Source: Octopus sinensis
Lineage: Eukaryota
DNA: 64,000 bases
Direction of reading: 5' to 3'
NCBI RefSeq assembly: GCF_006345805.1
Contig: NC_043015.1
Location: 24,056,001 to 24,120,000 of the forward strand
Position 1 is the stretch's first letter. The number at the start of each line of letters is the position of its first letter. This document shows, piece by piece, positions 51,946 through 64,000 of this stretch. Under the pieces are notes generated by a model, which did not search any database, was not told the DNA's origin, and worked only from the letters and a program-made list of their open reading frames with translations. Both the position numbers and the translations under genes were made by a program.

Positions 51946-53766
51946 ATATTAACGATGATGATGCTAGCCATGCTTTAACATTTTGAAGTAAGATGCTGGT
52001 TAAACAGTACTTGATTCAGGTACCTTGGTGGGATTTGAACCCAAAATGTCAAAAGTCCGAATAAATACCGCAAAGTATTCTCTACGAAGCTCTAACGATT
52101 TTGCAAGTAAGCCACCTTTGTAATAACGGACTCTGATTTACTTTTAAGGACAATTATTTTACGGGGAAGAGGTAAGTCGATACTATATTCTCCAATACTT
52201 AGCCGCTCCGCTCCATTATTTTCTCCATCCGCAAGGAAGATATTGCAACAATGGCCTTGATGGGATGATAAAGGTACATGTCAACCACCAAAAGACTCTT
52301 CATAACTATAAAGACTGCTTAATGGAGCTAAGACTTGCACTTTAACGCGACAAAGATTTACTCTAGATCCAACGAGAGAGCATTTTGGCGACGGGTGGGC
52401 TACATACAAATAGAAGTGAAATCACTTTCCCATCCCGCTTACTGAACAAGAGAGTAATTATTGATAAAAAATCATCCATTTGTGAAGGCTGTTTAGGATA
52501 TTGTCCTGCTAAACCACAAACAAGTAGGAGACAAACAACTGGGATCCATTTGATGCGAAATGTAATGGCACAGCGTGAACCGTGGGTAAAGACAAGGAAC
52601 AAGAGCAGAAATGAATAACAACTTGGTCCAACTGGGGAGTGTCACAATGATCTCTCTGTGATATAAATGGCAACTGAATCTGTTTCACATCACTTGTTTG
52701 TGTCTTAAATTCTGGAAGTTCACTTTACATAAAACAATCTTAAATGTACCACAGAAGAAATATTAAAGTATATAAAACAAAGCACGAATAGAATAACTAC
52801 GAGGCTAAAGTATTTTTACACTTTCAGTCTATTCTTTCAGCAAATGAAGAACCACACCAGAAATATTGACAACAAAGACATCGGAAGCAAATCCATCCTT
52901 ACAACATAATTAAAACATACACAAGGGTCCATTTGATCGATAAAACCTCCCTGATGGTGGGACTTCAGTATGGCTGCAATCCAATGACTGAAACATGTAA
53001 AAGAGTATCACATAGAAAGTATAGCATACACAAGATATTAGATAAGAGACCAGCTGATCTCAGATATATTGCGAACTAGACAATAAATGATTAATTTCCA
53101 GCAGAAATACAAAGCGTAAAACTACAGCTTCAATCTACAGCTGCTCTAAGTTCCGGTTTCTTCAGCCGCAAAGTTTATTGACTTAATGTTTAAAAACCAG
53201 CCTCTAATTCAATTGTTTAGAAATTAAGAGCTCAGCTTGATGTTAGAAGTGGCCATAACTTCTGAAAGAAATTAGAGGTTTTCTTATATCTTATATGTTG
53301 AATTAACGAAAGAAAAGACAGTAATCAGTTTGAAATATCTGTCTGCAAGCATGTCCAACCTCTGCTGTTCCTTTATCTATCAGATTGTACCGATGGAGAG
53401 AATAAAAAATATATAGTTACGCCACATGTGAATTATATGGTCATTAAATGTACAGGATAGTGGGAGCAACTTCGACATGCAGTAAACAATAAGCAAAGAA
53501 ATATAAAAAGAAAAAGTAACGGAAACAGTTAAGAAAGACAATAACGATAGAATGTTCTTACCTCTCGGTTTCAATCTGTGCGCACACATACACACACATA
53601 GATACATACATTTATATCTACATAAACATGTGCCTGTTCATATGTTGCTGTCTCTGTATGTCTGTGTGTGTTTATGGAAGTTTACACGCACACCAAGACA
53701 CAGTCGGATATATACTATATACATGCAAGTGTATGTGTGGATACAAATAAAAATACATCGGTACAA

Positions 53767-53831
<65 letters not shown>

Positions 53832-55096
53832 TATATATCGACATACATATATGCGTATGTGTCTTTGCGCGTGTTGGTGTATATATATATAATATATATA
53901 TACATACATACACACACACGTGTTCTTCTGCTAAATGATAATATATGGTCAGAACTTTCCAGGTGTATATTATAATACTACAGCTAATTGAATACTTCTC
54001 GATAACCTGGCACAATTATGGTGTCCGTGTCTTTGTTGTACTGCATTTCCTTCAGCAGACTCTAACGCTACATCATTCTTCAGCGTACGGAAGTCAAGTT
54101 CTTCTCTTTTTTTTCATCGCTTTCTTTAATTTCTTTCCTTTACTCTTTCTTTCTTTCGTTTTCGCTTTGCAATTTTCAATTCCCATTTTCCCAATTACTT
54201 ATACTATAGAGCACTTCTAATTTCCAATTCGCTTCTCAAACCTTAATTGGCAAGTTTGGAAAGCTGTTTATCTAATGATAGGTTTCCGTTTAGATCTTAA
54301 GTAATAATTTGAAGTATGGGTGAGACTACGTATCGAAGGGTGTGTGATAGTTCTCACTGACCCACTCGCATCACCACCAAAGCAGGTAGCAACATGTCAA
54401 ATAGTTCTATAACAATAAATCTTTGAGTAGATCTATTTTTATGGCGAAAAAGGAAAAATCTATAAAGAGAAATTAAGACGATATTTATTCGTCTTCTTTC
54501 TCTGTTCAACTTGTGTGTGTGCGCGCGTGTATGTGTATATATACATATATATATGTGTGTGTGTGTGCGTATGTATATATATATATATATGCGTGTATGC
54601 ATATATGTATGGATGTATGTATATATGTATGTACATACATAAGTATAACGAGAGAGTCGTATATACGTGTTTGGGTTTGTGTATATGTGTGCCTGTTTAC
54701 TATTTTGTTTTGGCCTTGGGAGCAAACAACTTGATGGTGATTAAAACATTTGTTATTTATTAGTGAACGGTTGAGCGAGCAAGAGAACTGTTTTGAAGGA
54801 GAAATCCTCTTTTAATTTGGCGACGTTAAGAGTGGCTTTTCCTTGATAGCTATAGCTTAACGAAAACGTATAGAGCAACGTCTGACATTTCTTCTCTTCT
54901 AGCGTACGAGTACATATGTTAAAGAAATATATTACTTAACATTTCATTAAACATTAATGAGAGCAGACAAAGTAGTTTGGTTGTTCTTGAGTGAAATAAA
55001 GAAAACACTACGATGTCTGGGGAGGAAGTTGTGAAGGGCGCAGGAGGAGCCGTTAAGCTACAATATCTATGTTTGTGTGTGTGTGAGTATACATGC

Positions 55097-55137
<41 letters not shown>

Positions 55138-55544
55138 GGTGTGTATACATCAGCATCATCATTTAATTTGCGTTTTCTATGCTTACATGGGATGGATGAT
55201 TTGACAGGAGTTGGTAAACCGTCTTTGGCATAGTTCCTATGGTTGGATGCTCTTCCGAATGTCAACCACTTTCCAGAGTGTACTGAGAGCTTTTAAACAG
55301 CGCAAACACCGGTGAGCACACAAACGAACATGCAAATGAACCGAGAGGGGGAATGGTATTCAGGGAAGTGGATTTCTGCAAGGTGTTGAGGTGGTTAAAC
55401 TATGCCGAGGAGCAGAAACAGGTGTCTTACTGAAGAGGAGATACCTGACGTCTATATTCGGAAAGAGAGGTAGAGAGCGAGAAGGCAGGGTCAAAGAGAC
55501 AAGCATAGTGAAGAGTTGTTGTTTGGTTCATTAGGGTGGGTGTG

Positions 55545-56050
55545 TGAATAATGTTACATGTCGCAGAAATATTCAGTGTTTCCAGAACAGAGATGTGCAG
55601 TGCTTCTCAAGAACCTCATATCACCACATATATCAATCTATTGTCATCTCCTAAGTGAGGCTCAACAAGTTGATGCCAACCCTTCATACTTCATCACGTC
55701 ATTCTGGATCACCCTCCACGAAAGGTTCTTTCTAGTTTAAATAATTGGTGCTGTATACAACTGTTTTATCCATACTCATCACATGAAAAATTCTTGTAGT
55801 CTTCTCTTATACATGCTATGTTCAAATGCTTAAGTTTTTCTCTTAACACATTTGCAGTTTTTATACTGGCATGCAAATGTTCTACATCCAGCAGAGTATA
55901 CTAAACTTCATCCTCTCCAGTGCACACATGTCCTAAGAATTCGGGTCACGTCACACTATCGTGATGTATCATGCACTCTGCCTTTCACTCTGCGAGAGAC
56001 TTCTCTTCGTTGCCAACACAGGTAATAGCACTCTGAACCTTCTTCATCCT
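55545..56050 (-). mobile_element. RTE-clade LINE 3' relic
   Basis: Broken minus frames resemble the RTE C-terminus (FHVMSMD..VEG..DEV..LSLT*EMTID..W..V). Confidence 0.55.
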
Positions 56051-56325
56051 ATTCTTATACTAGAAATTTAAAACTAAAAACATCTCCTCATTACAGCTAA
56101 TTTGGACCGGGGATGGACGTTTTTCCAGAATAATCTTCACCTTCAGCTGTCCAAGGTCCTTGACGGATAGATATTCTGACAAGAAATTCATATGAGAGTA
56201 GCATTATCAAACTCACAGTTTCACTAAAAGCCAACCACAGGAATGACCGTTGTAAAAATGATGATATTGGTGGTGGTCAAACATGGGCAGCGCCTTTGGG
56301 TAGGAACTCAGAATATACGAATACA

Positions 56326-56358
<33 letters not shown>

Positions 56359-56419
56359 CACAGACACACACACACACACACAGACACAGACACACACACA
56401 CACGCACACACACACACAT

Positions 56420-56462
<43 letters not shown>

Positions 56463-56800
56463 GCAAAGGTCAGCACTACTTCCCCTTCAAGTATGTTATT
56501 GGTCTCCTGTATTTTCATTCTCTTGATTGTCTCCTCCACATTCATGTGTACTTCTTTCGCGATTCACTTTTGAAATACCAAGTTGATGATTCAATGTTTT
56601 TTCCACACACGTGTGCGTACGCGCATATACACACATACGCCTGCATTGTGTGTATGTGTGTGTGTATGCGAAAAACTATGCAGTCAGTTACTTTTCGCTT
56701 TGACATATATAGAATTTTGTTGGCGGTTTCCTGTATTTTTAGTCGATCAACGATTGATCAATAAAATTTAACTATGCGGATGTAGGTATGTAATGTGAGG

Positions 56801-56841
<41 letters not shown>

Positions 56842-56958
56842 TGTGTGTGTGAGAGAGAAAGAGAGAGAGAGAGTGCGAATGTTTGCATGTATACGTATAA
56901 ATGTCTAAATGTATTATATTATGTGTATGCATGTACGCACCTATGCATATGAAGATGT

Positions 56959-56989
<31 letters not shown>

Positions 56990-57763
56990 GCATACATACA
57001 TACGTACATACATACGTATATATGTGTGTGTGAATATGTGTGCTTGTACCTGTTAAATCCAGCGAAGGAATGAGTTGTCATCGCAGGAATATACAGCTGA
57101 TCATATTTCTATCTAGTAAAGACAGACTTGATGTTGATGAACAACGAAATAATTATTATGACTGTCTTGAAGCTACTCATTGTTTTGCAATAGTAAATTA
57201 TCATCTATTTCTGAAATTTTTCCCTTCCTGAAAATTCTCCAGAAGATATTATTTAGACTTAGTAGTCATCAGTTTGTAATTCATACATATATTCATTTAT
57301 TTCACTCTGACTATATGATATTTTGATCACTACATGTCTATCTTTCAGACCTATTAAAATATTTGCTATGGAGAAAATATAATAAGCGACAGTTTATCTC
57401 TCTGAAGACAGGTAAATATTTCTAATATCATAGAAAGTATAATTCTTATTAATAATTCTTTCGCTGAACGATAGCTGTATAGCATTGTCGAACTCGCTTC
57501 TATCTTAGCATCAGTGTCAGGGGTGAAGTCCCACATCTATCAAATATTTGACATTGACAAGAATTGTGAAAAGAAAAACAATAAATATGAAAGAGGCGTG
57601 AGTGGAGGGGGAGAAAAACAAGTAGAATCGAGTTGTTATTGAAATGGTTACCAAGTCTTTATGACTGTGCCGGTTTATCTCGGAAAGATCTTTATTAAAT
57701 ACTGTATGATGTAAAAATAATTGAACTGTACATAAATCAGTGTTTATGGCAGTCCGCTATCTC

Positions 57764-57794
<31 letters not shown>

Positions 57795-57797
57795 CAT

Positions 57798-57898
<101 letters not shown>

Positions 57899-59689
57899 AT
57901 CTATGAGATTTGTTCTTCAGTTTTAAGAAATAGGTATAAATGTAGAATGACTAACATAACCAAATTGTTTGTGTTGCTACAACAAAACAATTACATTCGA
58001 GATTGAAACAACTACACGAAAAAAATTTTAAAAAGTAGTAGTAGTAGTAATAATGATAATATGAAACCAAATGATAAGCAACACGTAGTGAATACAAATA
58101 TAGGAAGCCAAACCAATGTTAATTATGATACTCAATGTTGGAATAGAATAAAATTATTCGCAGTTTTTCTGATTTATTTTGCAAGCCTTGCAATTTAATT
58201 ACCCATCAAAGACTAAAACTGAATTTTTGGAATCTTCCAAAATTTTGAAAATAAAAAAAATAACAGAATTGATTTATAGTTATTTACCTATCAATTCCTG
58301 AAAAGATTTAAAACAATAGACAGCACAAGTTTGCCGAACCATTATTGTAATTCTGATAACAGATAACAATTTTTACATTTTAATTTTAGGAAATAAGTTT
58401 ATATTTCGTGTTTTTGCCTTTGTCGTATCTTATGCTCTTTTACAATTTTTATTGGCATTATTGGTTGGTGTATTGTCCAATCTGATGGTAGAGACCTTTC
58501 ATTAAAAGTATTCCAGTGAAACCAATTCACATTCTTTTATTTACAGATACGTTGACAAAAATAAGTATATCTTGTAGACTTGTACAGATTAAATACGATT
58601 TTGTATTTATATAATTAAACAGGAAAAGAAAGCATGCTCTAAAGTTTGCAAATTGTAACGTTTACACTTTCCTGAAAGGTGGAATTAATGGAGAATAAAT
58701 TGAATCGGTTCTACGTTTGAAACTTCTCAGAAAAACAGGATTTTAGTTGTGATGATTTGGACCTCGGTCAGTTGCGTTCGTGCAAGGCTTTAACCCAAAT
58801 GTCGACAGTACCTGAAGCTTCATTATCTAATGTGTTCTAATATGTAAGATATCATGGTGTTATTAGCAGGATAGTTTGCTGCTATTTCTAGTATGCATTG
58901 CGGTCATCTAAACATAGCTTTATTGTAGTCATTGCTATAATTGTGCCTATTCATCTCCTGACCAAACACAAGACATATGGGTTCAAGGATATACCACAGT
59001 ACAAATGTTCAACATTCGATCATCGTTTAGACTTACCTTATTGTTTAACATAACTTGATTTTGTCGTTTAGTAACAATGGTGTAGCGATGATTTTGGAGG
59101 GAGAAAGTAAAATATCCTCAGAATGAAGACGTAGTCTGAATGACACTTTGCAAAGATCAGGTGTGAGCGGGAATAGGAGCAAAAAATTATGTCTGTACAC
59201 TCAGGCGTAATTTGAACTACAAGGAATTACTATGCTTCGTTCTGATGACCCCAGTAATCTTCTGCGCTAAAGGCAACAAGCAAAATAAATACCATAAATA
59301 ATTCGTTCGACGCTCATACGACAAGTGGCAATTCTCCAGTTAAAAACTTTCAATTATATAAAGATCCTTTTTCGTGCAAATGTGAACTGCAAGCCACTCA
59401 ATACATTACCTGAAGCGATTTCTGGGATTGGAGTGGAGATGTTATTGCTTATGTCTTGCCAGCCATACCCTCACATTTCGTTATACATTGTTGGTCTCAA
59501 TGCGCCTCTAGTCTTCCCTTGACTATATCCTTCACTTGTATTTGGGAAAAGATACGATCAAATTTGATGGAAAAGGAGAGGGAAATATTTTGGAAAACGA
59601 GTGGCCTAATTCTTTACCTCGATCCGCCTGTTTATTTGGCATTAATACAAGATCGATTGGTAATGTTACCTATGAGTAGAGTAGCGAGC

Positions 59690-59895
59690 TGATAGAATCT
59701 TTGGCATGCCGTGCAAAATGCTTAGCGGCATTTCGTCTCTCTTTACGCTCTGGGTTCAAATTCCACCGAGGTCGATTTTACCAGTCATTCTTTCGAGATC
59801 GATAAAATAAGTACCAATTGGGTACTTGGTGGATATAATCGACTTAATCCCTCCACCAAAACCGCTGGCCTTGTGCCAAAATGTGAAACCAATAT
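59690..59895 (+). mobile_element. tRNA-derived SINE
   Basis: GGGTTCAAATTCCACCGAGGTCGATTT..GATCGATAAAATAAGTACCA. Confidence 0.8.
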
Positions 59896-62036
59896 TATCT
59901 ATGAGTTACAGCCATGAAGTGCGTGAGAGAGTTATTTCACATCCGGTTTACACATCAATGAATCATTTGTATTTTATTTGGATTTACTGATGTCTACAAA
60001 ATGCAAGATACATTTCTCCAGTTAGATGGGTTATTTTCATTACGACGGAGTCGACACCATTGGAGTTTCTTACATAAATACCAAGAATACAAGGCAAGCC
60101 TAAGGTATAGTAGCGAATGCAAATCACACAGATTTTAATTTTAAGATATCTGTAATTACAATGTAATTACAATAAGAAGAGACACTGCTTTTCACATGTA
60201 TTCTATTTCAACTATTTATATTGTTTTCAATTTAAAAAAAAAATTCTGGTCTGTTTTCAGGAGTTACTATTGTACTACAAAGTGTCAGTTTACAAACAAA
60301 CTGTTTCTAATTAATACATGGGCTCCTGGCTCAGATGCATGAGAGTATGTTATGGAAGAGAGTAAATGCTTTGAGTCATAATAAATATAATTGTATCGTT
60401 TGAAATTGAATCGAGTAGACTCAAGAAAGAAAGCTGCTAAAATTCATGTCAACTATATAATTAATCTGTGTAAAGCAAGATTTTAATCGAAACTGACTAA
60501 TCCTAGAGGAGATATTTAAATTAAAGGAGACAACGTTCTTGATGAGATCAGGACCAAATCCATGGCAAGCTGCTATAGGTAAACATGCAGTAGAGTTTCC
60601 CCGGGATTATGTGGGGTCATCCGGAGGGATAAAACTAAAACTCGTAGGCGAATTATCTTCCTGAAAGTCAACGGCACTTGTATCCAAAGGAACGGATTTG
60701 GTGCACACCCCGTAAAAACTTATTACATTCGTCTTCAGACATCCAGTTTTAGGCCTTCACTTTGAAACAGCCAAGCGTTAATCGTAAGAAGATTTATTGA
60801 TCAGCAACTAACGCGGTCATTATTAATCCACCTCTTCCGATTCGGTAATAAAACAAAACAAAACAAAAGCAAGCAAAAAATCACAGAAAACAAAACTAGA
60901 AATCCGAATATGATTGCCTATATTCCGCCCACCAATACTCTCGTAAATACGCAAATAGTGCACAGTGTCAATAGATAGAACTTTGAGCTTTCGGGCGCAA
61001 AGGTCCCGAAAACGAAGCACTCGAATCAGCTGGAAACTATTTCTAAACTTACTTTATTTTTTATGCATGACATCATTTATTCTTAACCAAATTCGATCTT
61101 AGTGTTGAATTGTTTAAACTACAACATGCTTGCATATATTTAAGCCAGGTATTCAAACTGTAATTAAGTTTAAGGAATTATATAATGTACACAAAATGAT
61201 AATTCGATCAATTTTGTGTAAAAGGATGAAAACGCATAAACTATTGCAATCGATTCTGAATGTTATTAGCAGTGTAGCTAAAAGTGAAAATTAAATTTTT
61301 AAATTGTCCACTAGACAACATGGCTACTGGAAGATTTTGTGCAACCTACCATAGAACCATCTAGTTAATAGTGCGTATGTGCGAGAAAGTATACGCGTAT
61401 GGAGTAATGTGTGTATGTTCAGAGCACTGGAAAGAGAATTATACAAACGTTGACAACCACGCAAAACTAAATGTATGTTGATGGGTGTGCATGTGCAAGT
61501 ATTCATGTATACGCATACATACACACACATAAGTAACTATATTTGTGTGAATGTGTGTCTCTTTGTTTGTGTGTGTGCATGTATGTATGCATGTTAATAT
61601 ATACATACATATATATATATATATATGTATGTATATACGTGCATATCAGTAATTTAAAGTCAATGACTGAAACCTCAAGAAGTGTACATTACAAATATAT
61701 CATATGAATACATTTAAAAGATATACTTTTGTTTACAGACATCGAGTTTCCGTTATTAAACTATGTATCTTTTATAAAATAGATTTCGTTTTTGTCTGCG
61801 TCTTAATTTATATTTCAGTCTCTCTTCTGTTGTTTATATTATTACAGTTTATAATATAATACAAGAGTTTTCTAGTTTTCTAACTAATAAAATAAAAACT
61901 GTTTCTTTATATTATTCTGTCTATGAATAAATATGGCCTATCTTTTGCCCGTTTCCACAATGAGCATTCTTTTACTCCATCAACCAAAGTATCAGCATTC
62001 ACTTTTACAATGTTTTCACATTAAAGCAAGGCGCGA

Positions 62037-62416
62037 GCTGGCAGAAACGTTAGCACGCCGGGCGAAATGCTTAGTGGTATTTCGTCTGTCTTTACGTTCT
62101 GAGTTCAAATTCTGCAGAGGTCGACTTTGCCTTTCATCCTTTCGGGGTGGATTAAATATGTACCAGTTACGCACTGGGTTCGATATAATCGACTTAATCC
62201 GTTTTGTCTGTCCTTGTTTGTCCTCTGTGTGTTTAGCCGCTTGTGGGTAGTAAAGAAATATGTATTTCGTCTGTCTTTACGTTCAGAGTTCAAATTCTGC
62301 CGAGGTCGACTTTACCTTTCGTCCTTTCTGGGTCGATAAATTAAGTACCAGTCACGTACTGGGGTCGATCTAATCGATTGGCCCCCTCCCTCAAAATTTC
62401 GGGCCTTGTGCCTAGA
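62037..62416 (+). mobile_element. Dimeric tRNA-derived SINE
   Basis: Two units, each with GAGTTCAAATTCTGC.GAGGTCGACTTT.CCTTTC.TCCTTTC. The second lacks the A-box region and has a different tail. Confidence 0.85.
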
Positions 62417-64000
62417 GTAGGAAAGATATATTTTCTGCGAGAGGAAGCTCTGAGCAAACTCAACATGGCTATCCAAAACCTTCTCTAAACACGCGTTTTA
62501 AGGCATGGATTTTCTTACGTATGATTTGTCTCGTGTCCGTACAGCTAATTTATTTACAACTGTTAATTTCTGACCTTCGATAATATATCTACGTTGAATA
62601 AGTTTTATAGAATTTTATTCTCAACTTATAATAATCTATCTGCCAGCTATTTGCGACACCAGTGACATGTTTCCTTTTTACTATATCAGTAGACGCTAAA
62701 TCTGTCTAATATAGCAAGCGTTCGATAGTGGACACTGGCAACTGATGACGCGCAAAGTCGCAGAAATCTTGAATTCGCAATTCTTGATGCTTTTCACCTG
62801 CTGCTTATATGCTACATTGCTTTTTAACACACTATCTCTATACGCGATACCATCTCGCAAGACCAATACAGCAGTAGTGTGGCTTTCTACAGTATAGGCA
62901 CGTTTAGTAAGATATGCAAAATGCCATGTTGTTCTAATACTGATTCAGTCGTCAATAACGAATTATCAATTATATCTGATAGGTGAATTTTCTAGATGTC
63001 TTTGAGAATAGGTCTACTTAATTATAGCTGAATATGTTTTGAACTATAACAACAACAACGACGACGACGACGACGACAACGAACAGTCTAACCGTGAAAT
63101 TATTCTATTGTCCTACCATAATCAATTTAGCCTGACAAAGTTTTGAATTGTGACAACACTTAGCAGTTAATAAAATGTAAGGAATACTAAGAATGAAATC
63201 AATATAATGCACGTAAAATACATCTCGTATATATGTACCCTGCTTCCAGTTGTCATAGCAATAAAAGACGTACATTAAAATAGGATTGTGTTTTATATGC
63301 GCTAAATTTCGAGGAAAGAAGAATCTCGTGGAAAGCAAATCTCGAAGACAAATAAACAAAAAAAGCAAATATGCGACAGTCATCGTGTGAATGCCTTTTA
63401 TCAGAGTGGGCATCTAGATAAAGAACGATTGTGTTCAGTGTAGAAATGAGTCATAAGAGGATCTGAACTTGTATAAAATGAATATGTAGTCCTATTCTTT
63501 ACCCACCGGACCAAGAAACATCGGAAAACAAGAAGATGCCTCAGAGGATTTGAACACAGACACAGAAACAAGGTCGACTAATTCTTTATTCAGTTCGTTA
63601 CGAGCGTTCCATGAAACACAATGAAATATCACACAGAGATTTGAACTCAAACAGAATACACACGAATTGTAATTCTTTACGCGATTGGCCATCAGACATT
63701 CACGATAAACAGCACTGCCCTACAGTATAGCTAACAGTTCATGTGTAGCAGGAAGAGGAAAGCCACACGCTACTATGTAAGAAGATGTGAAGTATAAACA
63801 ACAACATCTCTTTAAACCATGTCCAGGAGTTGAAATAAATCAATTTCCAAAGTTTAATTGGCTATTATCAATAACTAACCTTTAAAAAGAAACTGTTTTC
63901 TGTATTTATCAGATAAAAATATTTCAGAAACCCCCGGATGGAATAAATGCAACACTCTTTGATTTAAAGTGAAGAGGAAAAGGGAGGAGGAGGAGGAGAT

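Noticed and set aside
62735-62780. CTGATGA...GAAA motif
   Set aside because: Lacks a GUH site and a consistent stem II register.
63620-63700. ISHRDLNS peptide resembling a kinase catalytic loop
   Set aside because: Not followed by NIL/DFG motifs, and the frame has stops nearby. Probably chance.

Overview
AT-rich, microsatellite-dense eukaryotic DNA, probably intronic or intergenic. Composition and the tRNA-derived SINE families suggest an octopod cephalopod (inference). No host protein-coding exon, rRNA, tRNA gene or CRISPR array could be supported, and most listed ORFs are translations of simple repeats. The window is a layered transposon graveyard: (i) stacked Dong/R4-type RLE retrotransposons in (TAA)n tracts (1-4760, 38130-39360, 50681-51945); (ii) a young 5'-truncated CR1-type LINE (43055-44815) and RTE relics; (iii) Tc1, mariner and maT-like relics, Helitron/Helentron-like elements and many SINEs; (iv) a Penelope-like (GIY-YIG) cluster. 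The most notable signal is at the RNA level. Between 18.7 and 35 kb I read about ten type-I hammerhead ribozyme motifs in about six sequence families, including a canonical one, two U4C families and a U3-A8 compensatory variant. They sit on short units that end in (TA)n and form inverted pairs, and two inversion breakpoints fall at or next to a ribozyme core. There is also a perfect palindrome with 287-bp arms and a 2-nt loop at 14603-15178. All folds were read by eye and none is experimentally tested.
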